A DNA stretch of 64,000 nucleotides from Vicugna vicugna (Eukaryota): assembly GCA_013265495.1 (NCBI GenBank), contig MU058669.1, forward strand, positions 1,249,880-1,313,879, given 5' to 3'. The position numbers were made by a program, and so were the translations under genes. This document shows positions 10,572 through 21,878 of the stretch, in pieces. The notes below the pieces were generated by a model. The model made no database searches, was not told the origin of the DNA, and worked only from the letters and a program-made list of their open reading frames with translations. Position 1 is the first letter of the stretch, and each line of letters starts with the position of its first letter.

Positions 10572-12354
10572 TCTAGAATTAGGAAATCCTTTTGGCACTA
10601 AGGAGAAAAGCTCTCAAATCCAATCAGCATCTCCTGAAAGATGAGTGGGTATTCACTTTGTTTCTTCCTTCTTCTTTTCAACTCTTCTCAGCTAAGGTTT
10701 TAATAGAATTGATATTAGAAAGACTGAGCAGCATGGAAAAATGGAAATGGGGGTAATTCAGAAAATGTTCTTTTTAAATATGCATTGCACACAGCTGTTG
10801 AATGAAAATTTGATTATTATTCTCTTGGAACAAAAGCATTTTGGACAGCTAGATTGGTACTTTAAAATACATGCAAAAAACGTCTCAAGTTGGAATCCAA
10901 AGAATAACTTCTGCTTCATCAGCTTGTATGTGTCACATCAGCATGTGGTTGAGCAAGTCCATTCAATTGCCTTGTCTGCAGGATTTTGTAAAGGAGAAGG
11001 ACAGAATGAAAGTATTGACATTTAGAATGGGTCACTAAGCACAGCTCTGCATTGTGTTGATTCACTGATACAAAACGTATTTACTGAGAGCCTGATACGG
11101 ACCTGACATTGTGCTGGGCAATGCAGTTAAGGCTTTGGACAAGACAGGATGGTTGCTCATGATTCCCTGCCCTCATGGGGCTTAAATTCTCCTGGGAGAT
11201 GCAGTTTTCACTTAGTTTCTGCTTGATTCTGATATGCCAGTGCTTAGCTTTTGCTTTAACACGCTAGCACTGAGGAATCTATTTCTTGGTTGAATAGATG
11301 TGATCATTAGAGACTTACTATTATTGTTGCTATTATTATTAATCTGAACTAAAATTCCTTGTAGCACCCCTCTTCTTGTCCTGGTGGTGTACTCACGACA
11401 TCACAGATCGTATCTGCTCTCTTTTTCACAGAACAGCTTTCCAGATTGTGAAAGAGTTGTCATGGTCCATTGCTCATTCCAAGCGCAAAAAAATCCATAA
11501 TTCTTCCAGCTACAGATTTCATTGTTCTAGCTGATATCCTACTACATGCTAACCCATGTTATTTCTATTTCAAATTATCCTAAGTGTATGCAAAAATTGA
11601 GATTTGTAACAAAAGTCCTGTGAGGCTGAGATTAATTTATTTTGCTCCTAAATATGATGGAAATAATACACAACCACTCCTTACTAGCGCTATTTCTAAT
11701 TGTAAGAAACTCATCCAATTATTCACATTAACTGTGAAAATTGGTGCCACTTACTAGCTTGAAAAATTGAACTGGAGGATGTAAGAAGTTTTCGTGTCCA
11801 GAAATTTTTAATTAATGAAATGTCAAAGAACATATCTTTTTCCCTGCTTTCGTGTTTGGTTTAGAAGTGTTTTGAGTTGTTTTGTAAATGACCTTCTATG
11901 TCAGCAAATGAATTCATTCTAGTTAATGTTATCCCTCAGGAAGAAAAGGCATGGGATCTCAATACTCGAAGTATATACTGAAGTCCTCATCTCCTTAGTC
12001 TTTGCTTTATTTAAAACAATGTATTTTTTTTAAATAGGCCTCATCTTTAGAAACTGTACCATTGAATCCAGGAATTGATCAAATAACTCCTTTATTTCCA
12101 CGCCACCCACCAGGATTACTTCTTCCTCAGTTGAATTTTTGCCTAATAGAGCCAGAGTAGAATCACTGGTTTGAACCAAATCTCAAAAGCACTTATAATG
12201 AAATTCTCTGACATTTTAACATGATTAGCCTCATAGTCTCAGCAGTGAGTAGGAGATGTTAGAGTGGGCATCCTGTCATCCTGATTATCACTCTCACCCC
12301 CCCCCAAAATTGTTGAGCTTGTCCACAGCTGCCTTTCCAAACAAGGGGCAGGTG

Positions 12355-12895
12355 GGATGATGTTCCAGTTACCTAACAGACCAGCACAAAAGTTAATCAC
12401 TAAAGACAGTATTTATTATTTACAAATCAACAATACGAGCAGGGCTCAGTGGAGACTGTTCACCTCTATCCCACTTGGAATCAGCTGGGAAGCTCAAAAC
12501 CTGGGAGATGGAAGAAACTGAAGGCTTGCTTACTCTACTGTCTGGTGCCTGGGGTAGGAAGAGGCAAGGAGCCTGGGGGCTGGAGCACATGGGGCCTCTC
12601 TGTCACTGTGTAGTCCCACCATGTGATCTCTTCAGTAGAGTAGCTTCTGGGTAGCCGGACTTCTTACCTGTTGTCTTAGTGCTCCCAAGACACATGTTCC
12701 AAAAGGGTGAGCAAGTCAGAAGTTCTAATACCCTTCATAGCTTCAGATATCACGCAGCGTCACTTCCCCTTTAATCAGAGCCCACCCAGATTCAAAAAGG
12801 GTTTCTTGAAGGAAGAATGTCAAGATTACATTGTAAGCAGAACATGTGGATGAGAGGTACTTGTGTGGATGCCTTTGGAAAAATGCAATCTATAA
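12355..12895. mobile_element. MaLR (MLT1-type) LTR relic
   Basis: GCAGGGCTCAG...TCAGCTGGG, GTAGCCGGACTTCTTAC and CCCACCCAGATTCAA motifs. Confidence 0.6.
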
Positions 12896-13814
12896 TAGGA
12901 AGGACAGAAGCTGTACCCCAGCTCTTGCTATTGAGAACATTTTGTGTTGGGGAAGGTTGTTTAAAGGACAGTGTAAAGTTGGGAGGAGTTTAGGCATCAC
13001 TTCCCATGGTCACTTGCTCTCTCTTGGTCTGTAGGTTCATAAGGGGAGGGAAATGCACTCTACTCTGCTTGGACCCATCTCTCAGCCTTCTGTAACTAAC
13101 TCCCCTTTCTCTTAATTTCCCTGTGCTCAGTCTGAACTATACAGCCTTGGCTTGCACCCTTCAGCCTGCCCCTTTTGTCTTTTCTTAAGTGCTGCATTTC
13201 CATATTCTCAGTCCCAGTCCTGCTCTTCCTTCATTTTTGAAGTTGCTGGGCCACCGTCTACTTCTCCTGCTCAGGCTCCGTCAATCAGTCCACCCCTAGA
13301 AGGCCTTGCTCAGCCATAGCCTCACTTCCGACCATCAGTTGTTGGACCCAAGTACTGATTGTCTCTATTTCCCTAGCTTCCATTCCTGGACCGGATTCTT
13401 CTTTTCAGGCTTCCACTCCCAACTTTCCCTTGACTCTGTCAGTTGCCCAATATCCAGAATTCTCTTCACTGTTCACATTAGCTTCTTTCTTCTGTTATTT
13501 TAATAGCTGAGAACCTTGATCAGTGGACATACCCACTTCCCTCTACCTGGCTCTGGCATTTCTAGTCTGAGCATTTTAACAAGAAGCAGGAGGCGTGTCT
13601 TTCTCATTATCACTGCGGTTCTTGTTTACATGTTTTTGCACTCTTCTGTCTTCCTTCTCTACTAATTTTTCTCTTTTTAATTTTAAGAGGTCCACCGTTG
13701 ACATCTCCTAATAGTTGCACAGTGCTTTATTTAACCTAACTAGTTAGCTGTTGATGGGTACTTAGATTGCTTTCAGTTTAGTGAAATAATAATCAATGCT
13801 GCAATAAGCACCTT

Positions 13815-14176
13815 TGTCATAGATCCGGTTTGGGAAACAGACTCAGATCTGCATTCAGATGCTTCGTTGGGAGAGTTCTTGAGAATAACACCTATAAGGA
13901 AATGAGGAAAAAGATACACTTAGAACAGAAACCTCAGCCAGTCCTACAGGAACATTTGAAACTGAGGTGGCCAGGCTGCTGTTCCCCTATACTGAGCAGT
14001 CACTGGACATGAGATATCCTTTGGGGAGGGTATGGACACTTGGGTGAAGCAGCTCCCTTTGGTGGAGGGCAGTTCCTGGGGAAAGGCAGAGCGTGATTCC
14101 ATCAGGCAGCATTACTGGCTTCTGGGGCAACGAGTGCCTCAGGAGATAAGGGCAGAGTAACACATTATCTATTACA
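13815..14176. mobile_element. Ancient MaLR/ERVL-type LTR relic
   Basis: GGGAAACAGACT...AACACCTATAAGGAAATGAGG. Similar text occurs at ~20230 and ~62390. Confidence 0.5.
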
Positions 14177-17100
14177 GTGTCTCATTATCCTGGGTCAATG
14201 GAAAAGTACATTCTAAAGTACCATTTGGTCAAAAAACATACTTTGTATAACTTGAAATCTTTTAAATTTGTTGATACTTGTTTCATGACCTCAGATGTAG
14301 TCTACCTTGGTCAGTGCTTGTGTGCACTTGGAAAAAATGTATACTTTGTTGACATTGAGTAGACTGTGCCATCAGTGTCAATTGGATCAAGTAGTTTGAG
14401 AGTCTTGTTAAAGACTTGTCTCTTGAATGATTTTTCTGACTTCTTCATCTGTCAGTCATTAGGAGGGCATATTACAATCTCCAACTATGATTATCAATTT
14501 TAAAATTTTCCTTAGAGTTCTCAGTCTTTGCTTAATGAATTTTGAAGCTTTTACTGGTATATAAACTTTCAAGATTGCTATGTATTCTTGCTGAATAGAC
14601 CTGTTTATCATTATAAAATCACTTTCTTTATTTTTGGAAATGTCTTTTACTCTGAAATTTACATTGTCTGATATTAATATAGTCACTCTAGCTTTCTTTT
14701 TTTTAACATCATTATTGTGGTATGATTCCTGTACAGTGAACTACGCGTATTTCAGATGTACAATTTGATGAATTTTGATAGATGTATGCACCCATGAAGC
14801 CGCCACCCCAATCAAGATAGCTAACATTTCCATAATTCCCAAGAGGTGCAAATTTTGAACTCCCAATTTATCCCTTTACCCACCTTTACCCCTTGGTAAC
14901 CGTAAGTTTGTTCTATATGTCTGTGACTGTTTCTGTTTTGCAGATGAGATTATTTGTGTCATATTTTTAGATTCCACATATAAGTGATATCATATGGTAT
15001 TTTTCTTTCTTTTTCTGGCTTCACTTAGAATGACAATCTCCAGGTCCATCCATGTTGCTGCAAATGGCATTATTTTATTTTTTATGGTTGAGTAATATTC
15101 CATGGTGTAAATATACCACAACTTGTTTATCCAGTGATCTGTTGGTGGACACTTAGGTTGCTTCTGTATCTTGGCTATTGTAAATAGTGCTGCTGTGAAC
15201 ACTGAGGTGCATGTATCTTTTTGAATTAAGGTTCCCTCTGGATATATGCCCAGGAGTGGGATTGCTGGATCATATGGTAAGCCTATTTTTAGTCTTTTGA
15301 AGAATCTTCAGACTGTCCTCCATAGTGGCTGCATCAATTTACATTCCCACCAGCAGTGGAGAGGAGGGTTCTCATTTCTCCACACCCTCTCCAGCACGTA
15401 CCATTTGTGGACTTTCTAATGATACCCACTCTATCTTCTTTGGATTAGTATTATTATGGTATATACTTACCCACTGTTTCACTTTTAACCTATTTGTACC
15501 TTTATGTTTAAAGTGTGTTTCTTGTGGGCAGCATACATTTGAGTACTAAACTTTTATCCAATTGGACAATCTCTGATGTTTAATTGGGAGTGTTTAGACC
15601 ATCTATATTTTATGTCATTATTGATATGGTTAAGAATAAATCTACTGTCTTACTGCTTGTTTTCTAGTGCCCTATTTACTCTTACTTTTCCTCTTTTTCT
15701 GCCTTTTAAAAATTGAATACATATGATTTCATTTAATCTCTGTTGACTTGTAAGCTATAACACTGTTTTATTATTTATTGGTTGCTTTAAGGTTTTAGTC
15801 TACATCTTTAATTTATCATAGCCTACCTTCAAGTGATTTGTATCATTTTACATATCATTTAAACTTCTTATAATAGTACATTTCTATTTCATCCCTTCTG
15901 GACTTGATGATTATAATTTTTACTTCTATAATTGTAATAATTCCCTGAATGCATTGTCATTACTTTTATTTAAGCTTAACTTTATATTTTCAAAAGATTT
16001 AAATAATAATAAAAAATCTTATATATAGCACATATATTTGCCATTTCTGTTCCCTTCTGTACCTTATGTAGATCCATATTCACTTCTGGTATTTTTTTCC
16101 TTCTACTTGAAGGACTCCTTCTAACATTTCTTTTAGTGTAGGTTTGCTGTTGATGCATTTTTAATTTTTTATTTCATTTTCATTTTGAAAGATAGTTTCA
16201 CAAGGAATAGAATTATAAGTTGACAGATTTTTTTTTCTACCAGTACATTAAACGTGTTGTTTCTTTGTCTGCATTGTTTTTTGCTTACATTGTTTCCAAC
16301 AAGATATCTGCTGTTAACTTTATCTGTGTTCCTTTCTGTATAATGTGTTTCCTTTCTTCAGCTGCTTTTCAGATTTTCTCTTTATCTAGTTTTGAGCAAT
16401 TTAACTGTAATGTACCTCGGCTTGGTATTCTTTGTGTTTCTTGTGTTTGAGTTTCATTGAGCTTCTTGAATCTATGGATTTATAATGTTCATCAAATTTG
16501 GAAATCTTCTCCGCCATTATTTTTTTCAGGTATCTTTTCCTATTGCCCCAGTTTTTTCTAATATTCCAGTGAAGTATATATTAAGCAATTTGATAGTCCA
16601 TAGATCTTGAATATTCTTTTTTTTCTTCTTTTTTGTTGCTTTTTTCTGTGTGTCTCATTTGAAACAGTTTATATTGCTGTGAATTCAAGTTTATTCATTT
16701 TTCTTTTCAAGTGTCTGAGCTGCTATTAATTCCACGCAGTGTATTTTTCATCCCAGTTTTTGTATTTTTCTTCCCTAGAAGTTGTATTTGGGTCTTTTTG
16801 GTGTCTGGAACATCTCTGCTTAACTTTTTGATCATATAAACTACAATTCTAACAATATCTTAATGTCATTGTTTACTAATTCTAGTATCTGTTAAATTGT
16901 CATTGGTTTTGACTGACTGGTTATTCTTCTTAGTATGAGTCATGTTTTCCTGCATCTTTGTATGTCTGGTAATCCTTGATTGGATGCTAAACACTGTGAA
17001 TTTTACCTTGTTGGGGGATGCATATTTCTTGAGCTTTGTGATGGTATATGGTTTAGTTACTTGGAAAGTTTGCTCTTTGGGCTCTTTATTTTATGATTCA

Positions 17101-17700
17101 TTAGGTGAGCCAGACCAGTTCTTCAGCTAGAATTAGTTTTTCCTCACTAATGAGGTAAGACCTTCCTTGATATTTAATCCAATGCCCCATGAGTGTCCCA
17201 TGAAATTTTCCTTTCTGGTTTGTGGAAACCAGTTCTATTTCCAGCCCAGTATTAGAGTCAGGTACTGTTCCCTCTAATCCCATCAGAGTTTTGGGTGGTT
17301 TACATACACATATGTGGAAACACACATACACATTCATTAATACTCTACTGAGTACCTGAGGGGGACACTCCTTAGATCTCTCTGTGATGCTCTCTCCTTT
17401 CTGGTACCAAACCTATAAATTCTAGTTGTTTTGGTTTCTCTGAATTCTCAGCTCTGTCTCTTCAACTCAGGGAGTCTACCAGGCTCCGCCTTAGTTCCCT
17501 CTCCCTGTGCCAGGGCCTGAAAACTCTCACAATACAGTAGGCTGGGACAGTCATAGGATTCAGTTTGCTTATAACTGTCTCATTGGCTGATGTCCAGGGT
17601 TTTAAAACCATTGTTTGATGCATTTTGTTTGTATTTGGTAGTTTCACACAGAAGGACAAACATGGTCTCTTTTCTTCCATCTTGGTCAGATATAAAAATC
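14177..17700 (-). mobile_element. Ancient L1 (L1M-type) 5' portion: 5'UTR, decayed ORF1, spacer and endonuclease; interrupted at ~14700-15425
   Basis: ORF 14459..14686 (ILISDNVNFRVKDISKNKESDFIMINRSIQQE) is L1 endonuclease. The antisense body is T-rich and ends in CCATCTTGG (YY1-like) near 17680. Confidence 0.8.
14697..15426 (-). mobile_element. Younger 5'-truncated L1 insertion (ORF2 C-terminus plus 3'UTR) nested in the old L1
   Basis: ORF 14990..15202 (MFTAALFTIAK...PKCP...KLWYIYTMEYY...WMDLE) is the ORF2 C-terminus. Poly-T at ~14697-14704. Degenerate TSD CACTCTAGCTTTCTTT / CACTCTATCTTCTTT. Confidence 0.88.
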
Positions 17701-20415
17701 TGGAACTTATTTTTAAAAGTCGTGTTCATGGAACGGGTTCTGAATGTTCCTACTGCAGTTCAGGTGAATGAATGAAATGACCTGCTCAAATCCATGTCCT
17801 TCTAATCACCCTGGGTCCTGTTTGCTGCTGCTTGGAAGCAGGTAGGAGATAGAATTACTCCTGTAATTTGGGTTTCCTCTGGGGGTCCGTACTTTGCCCT
17901 GCCTGAGTCTTATCAGGCTGTAACTTGAGTTAGCTCTTGGGAGAGACTTTTTAATGCTGCCACTCTCCTTTCAGACTGCAGATCTTCACAAGCTGGCATT
18001 GTCATTATTACCTTTATCTGATTCAGTGTCACAGAAACACAAATCTCAGACAAATCATCAATAGAGCATTTAAAAAGGCTAACATGTGATAAATAGTCCC
18101 CCACCTCCCTCATCCACACATATTTTTTATAGAGAAAAAATAGTTTCTGCAGCTTTCTGACAAATGGAGGCACTGTCAAGCTGATGATTGTTAAGAACGT
18201 GGTGAATGTAGAGCTGGAGTTTCACCTCCCCTCGTGTTTCTTTTTCCATTCCATTTTCTAATCCAAAGTGTGAAGGACCAGCCTATAGTACAGGTCTCTA
18301 CCTGGACAATTGTAGCTTGATGGAAATACTGAATAGGTTTTCATGGTAGGGGTAGAATTTGCTCCTTAAAGCCAGGTACTATCCATGGGAATCCACGGTA
18401 TTTCTTAACAGTAGTGGCTGCTTGCCATTCTCACTCTCTCTTTCCAGGGTCTCCTGGGCTCCCCAGTCCAGGCCTCAGCTCCATGGGAAGCCATTACAGC
18501 ATACTGACTCCCTGACTCTACAGTAGGATGGCTTGTTGTTCACTCTGCTTTCATTGATGAGGCATGAGAGTCAAGCTGTACAGATCTAAACCAGTCCTCT
18601 TTTTAGGTATGGGGGAGTGGAGGTTTGGGAAGAGAAAGGGAGCGGCCCAGGTCACACAGCAAGGGTATGCCTAAACCAGAGACAGAATACAGTGCACCCC
18701 ATGCCTGGAAAGGTCCAAGGTTGCAGTTACCAAGGCAGGTTCTCCAGAACTACCCCTCAGAAAGGGTGGGCCTTGTCTTCACTCCTTTGTAGCATTTTCA
18801 TAGGATTAGAGCCTGTGACAGCATTTCTTTGGATGACCTCATTACACAGGAGGTTTTTCAGGCCCCCAGGTCAGTATCTTTTTCAGTCTCCCTGCTCAGA
18901 CTTCTTTGCCAAGACTCTTAGGCCCTATAATTAATAATTATATATAATAGCAGGAGGACAATAACCATCTTCCTTATTGGCATACAGCTACACTCTTCTA
19001 AAAGTGCTCAGTTTTCTTTTCATTTTGTTCTGTGATGGAGACTGATCATAGGGACCATCCAGCACCTGATCACACATCCGCTTCCCCTGATAGCAGGACA
19101 TGCGTGGTGGGTGTGAGAAGTTTCTTCTCCATCATGTAATGTCTCAGTGAGACGGCAGATCAAGTTACCCTGCTGTTCTGTTGCCGAGATCAGTGTTACC
19201 AGATTTCTTTCTTCAGTTTTTTCCTTTTGCTGGCCTTGTTCAGCTAAAGGGAAGTCATGTGATTCAAGCTTTTCCAATCAGACTCTCTCTCCCAGGACTC
19301 TAAACCTTGAATATGGTGGCTTCAGGATGAGCATAAATGTAGAGGCCATTCAATAGGGTTGTAGTAGTTGCAAGATGGGTGTTGTGACAGGTTACACCAT
19401 GGTGATCAGAAGAGCCTGTATTATTAGAAGCTAAGTAACATCTTACTTGCCTTCAAGAATATGGGTCCAGAGATATACCAAGATAGTAAATGATATCCAA
19501 CAACTATTATTTGCATAGCAAATAATTTGAAATGACTGTCATTTCCATTTCCCTTGGTTTTCTTTGGTTTTTCTCCGTTAAGTGGACCCAAATGCCAGCA
19601 GCTTGCTTGAAATGGAGCTCCAGTAAATCTGAGGCACATACTTCAAAAGTGAGAGTCCCCTAGGCCTGATTGATGAGGATACTTATCAAATTAGTATCAA
19701 ACTCAGCAGTATATATTCAACAGACCACATCTGAAACGTATTTGGTTTATTTACCTCTTTAAATAATTTCCCTTCTGGGGTTCATGGTCCTGACTTTGCG
19801 TTCACACTCACATGACCCCCCCGTCCCCAGGCAGACAGGTCAAGTAGTGTCTGCTGACGGGAAAATGCTTGTTCCTATCAGTTTCCAATTCTGTAAATTA
19901 TCTGATAACCTTCTAATAAAGTCCTTTTCATTACTTAAGCGGTTCATTGCTTGAATAGCTTTCCATTACTTATAGTCAAAGAACTTTAAGTGATACACAT
20001 CCTGACACTGCCTGTAGAAGTTAGTCAAGGCTGAGACTGATAGATACAATTACTATATGGCGACACTGAAGCTTAGAGAGATTTAATCCCTCAGCATTTT
20101 AAGATTAGTGAGTTAGCTACAAATCTGGAGCTACAGTTTGTGTCTTGGCTTCTAAATCTGTTAGAATTACCTATGTTAACTTAAGTATTATTTGCTTTTT
20201 AAAGCAAGCACTTGATTGAAGAACACTGATTGTCTGATTCTGGGCTGTCACAGACTGAGCCCCTGAGGTGCAGACTGGAACACAAAGGGTTTATCTGGAA
20301 CTTAACTCTAGGAAACACCAGTAAGGGAGTGACAAGCGGAGACAGAAGGGAAGACTGACAAAGGGTGTGTGCTCAATACCTGGAGCTTAATTTTCTGGAG
20401 AGTTCTGAAGGCCTG

Positions 20416-20793
20416 GGTTGTGGACTGACTTGGGTCCCCCTCACATTCATACGTGGAGCCCTCTCCTGCTATGTGGCTGCATTTGGAGATAGGGCATCTA
20501 AAGGGGTGATGCAGGTTAAAGGAGGTCATTGGGCAGGGCTCTAATTCAGTTAGACTGGCGTTCTTGGAAGGAAAGGAAAAGATACCAGGAAGGCGTGTGT
20601 ACAGAGCAAAGGCATGTGAGGACTCAGTGAGAAGGCAGCCACCTGAAGGACAAAGAAGGAGGCCTCAGGAGGAACCAACCCTGCTGACACCCTGATCATG
20701 GATTTCTAGGCTTCAGAACTATGAGACAGTAAATTTCAGTTGTCAAGCTGCCCCACCTGTATTTTGTTAGAGCAGCACAAGCAAACCAAAAAA
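20416..20793 (+). mobile_element. MaLR solo LTR (MLT1A/B-like) nested in an older LTR
   Basis: TTTGGAGATAGGGC...GAGGTCAT, GTGAGGAC..AGTGAGAAGGCAGCC and AACCAACCCTGCTGACACC. 5-bp TSD GCCTG / GCCAG. Confidence 0.8.
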
Positions 20794-20847
20794 GCCAGTG
20801 TGGACCATGTACTTCAGAGTTACCCCGCTTTAAGGATACGTGCACCC

Positions 20848-21037
20848 CAGTGGTTCTTAAAGTGTGATGTCAGTACCAGCAGCATCAGCCTCATTTGGGA
20901 ACTTGTGAGAAATGCCAGTTCTCAGGCCCCACGCCAGACCTACTGAATCGGAAACTCTAGGGTAGACCCAGCAGTGCATGATTTAATAAAAACCTCTCCA
21001 GGTGAATTTGATGCTCACTAAAATTTGAGAACCACTA
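20848..21037. mobile_element. MER5A hAT-Charlie MITE, full length
   Basis: TIRs CAGTGGTTCTTAAA / TTTGAGAACCACTA. Internal ACCAGCAGCATCAGC and AGACCTACTGAATCGGAAACT. Confidence 0.88.
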
Positions 21038-21459
21038 TTATCTTTGGACTCTTGCTGAAGATGGGTTAAGGGCTACTCCTGGAGGCATGAATCCCCTGCA
21101 TCTCTGGCCTGCCAGGCAGGTGAGCAGGGTGGGTTCTCGTGGCTAGTGGAAGCCATAGCCAAAGATGTGCAGACTCATGTTTGGAAGGTAAGATGGCATG
21201 AACTGAAATGACAAGGCCAAGGGGGATATGTGTGAAGCAGCACCTGGTAAACCAGTCATGACGACGAGGCTGAGTAAGCATTCCACCATAGGCTACTTGA
21301 CGTCAACAATGCTCTTTTGCAACCTCTGTATGGTTTTTCCTTTTTACTGAAATTTCCAAGGGGCTACGGTTTGTCTCTCCAAGTAGGTGTTACTGTTTTT
21401 GAGAGCCACAGAGCAAGAGAGAAAGAAATCTGTGACTATATGTTATGTTTCAGTAACTG

Positions 21460-21650
21460 CAATCAGAACCTTAAATGTGCTTAATCTTGGCAATAATCCT
21501 GAAGAGTAAATATCATTATCCTAATTTTACAGTTGAGGAGGTTGATATATAAAGAAACTTGCTCAAGATCACACAGAAAAGTAAGTGGTGAATCTAGGAT
21601 CTGAACCTGCATATGCTTGATTCTAAGTATCCATGCTGTATCCACTCTCT
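21460..21650 (-). mobile_element. MIR SINE relic (further MIR relics at ~10150, 20050, 24250, 26400, 27220, 28130, 34300 and 43750)
   Basis: MIR core-like ATTATCCTAATTTTACAGTTGAGGA...ACTTGCTCAAGATCACACAG..AGTAAGTGG. Confidence 0.7.
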
Positions 21651-21845
21651 GGACCCCTAGGAGTTCATAGTGATTTCTCAAATATCATATAATATATTTT
21701 GACACTTTTGTGAGTGTGTCTGGAAGAATCACAATTTTAGCCTGCAGTTGGAAACTTCCACTTAATCTATGAGAGTATTGGGGGAGAAAGCCAAGCCTTA
21801 GACAGAAACTATCCTGAGCACAGGGATTTGCTCAAAGGGGGAAAT

Positions 21846-21878
21846 AACAAAACAAAACAAAACAAAACGAAACAAAAC
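21846..21878. repeat. (AAAAC)n simple repeat
   Basis: Read directly from the sequence. Confidence 0.85.
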
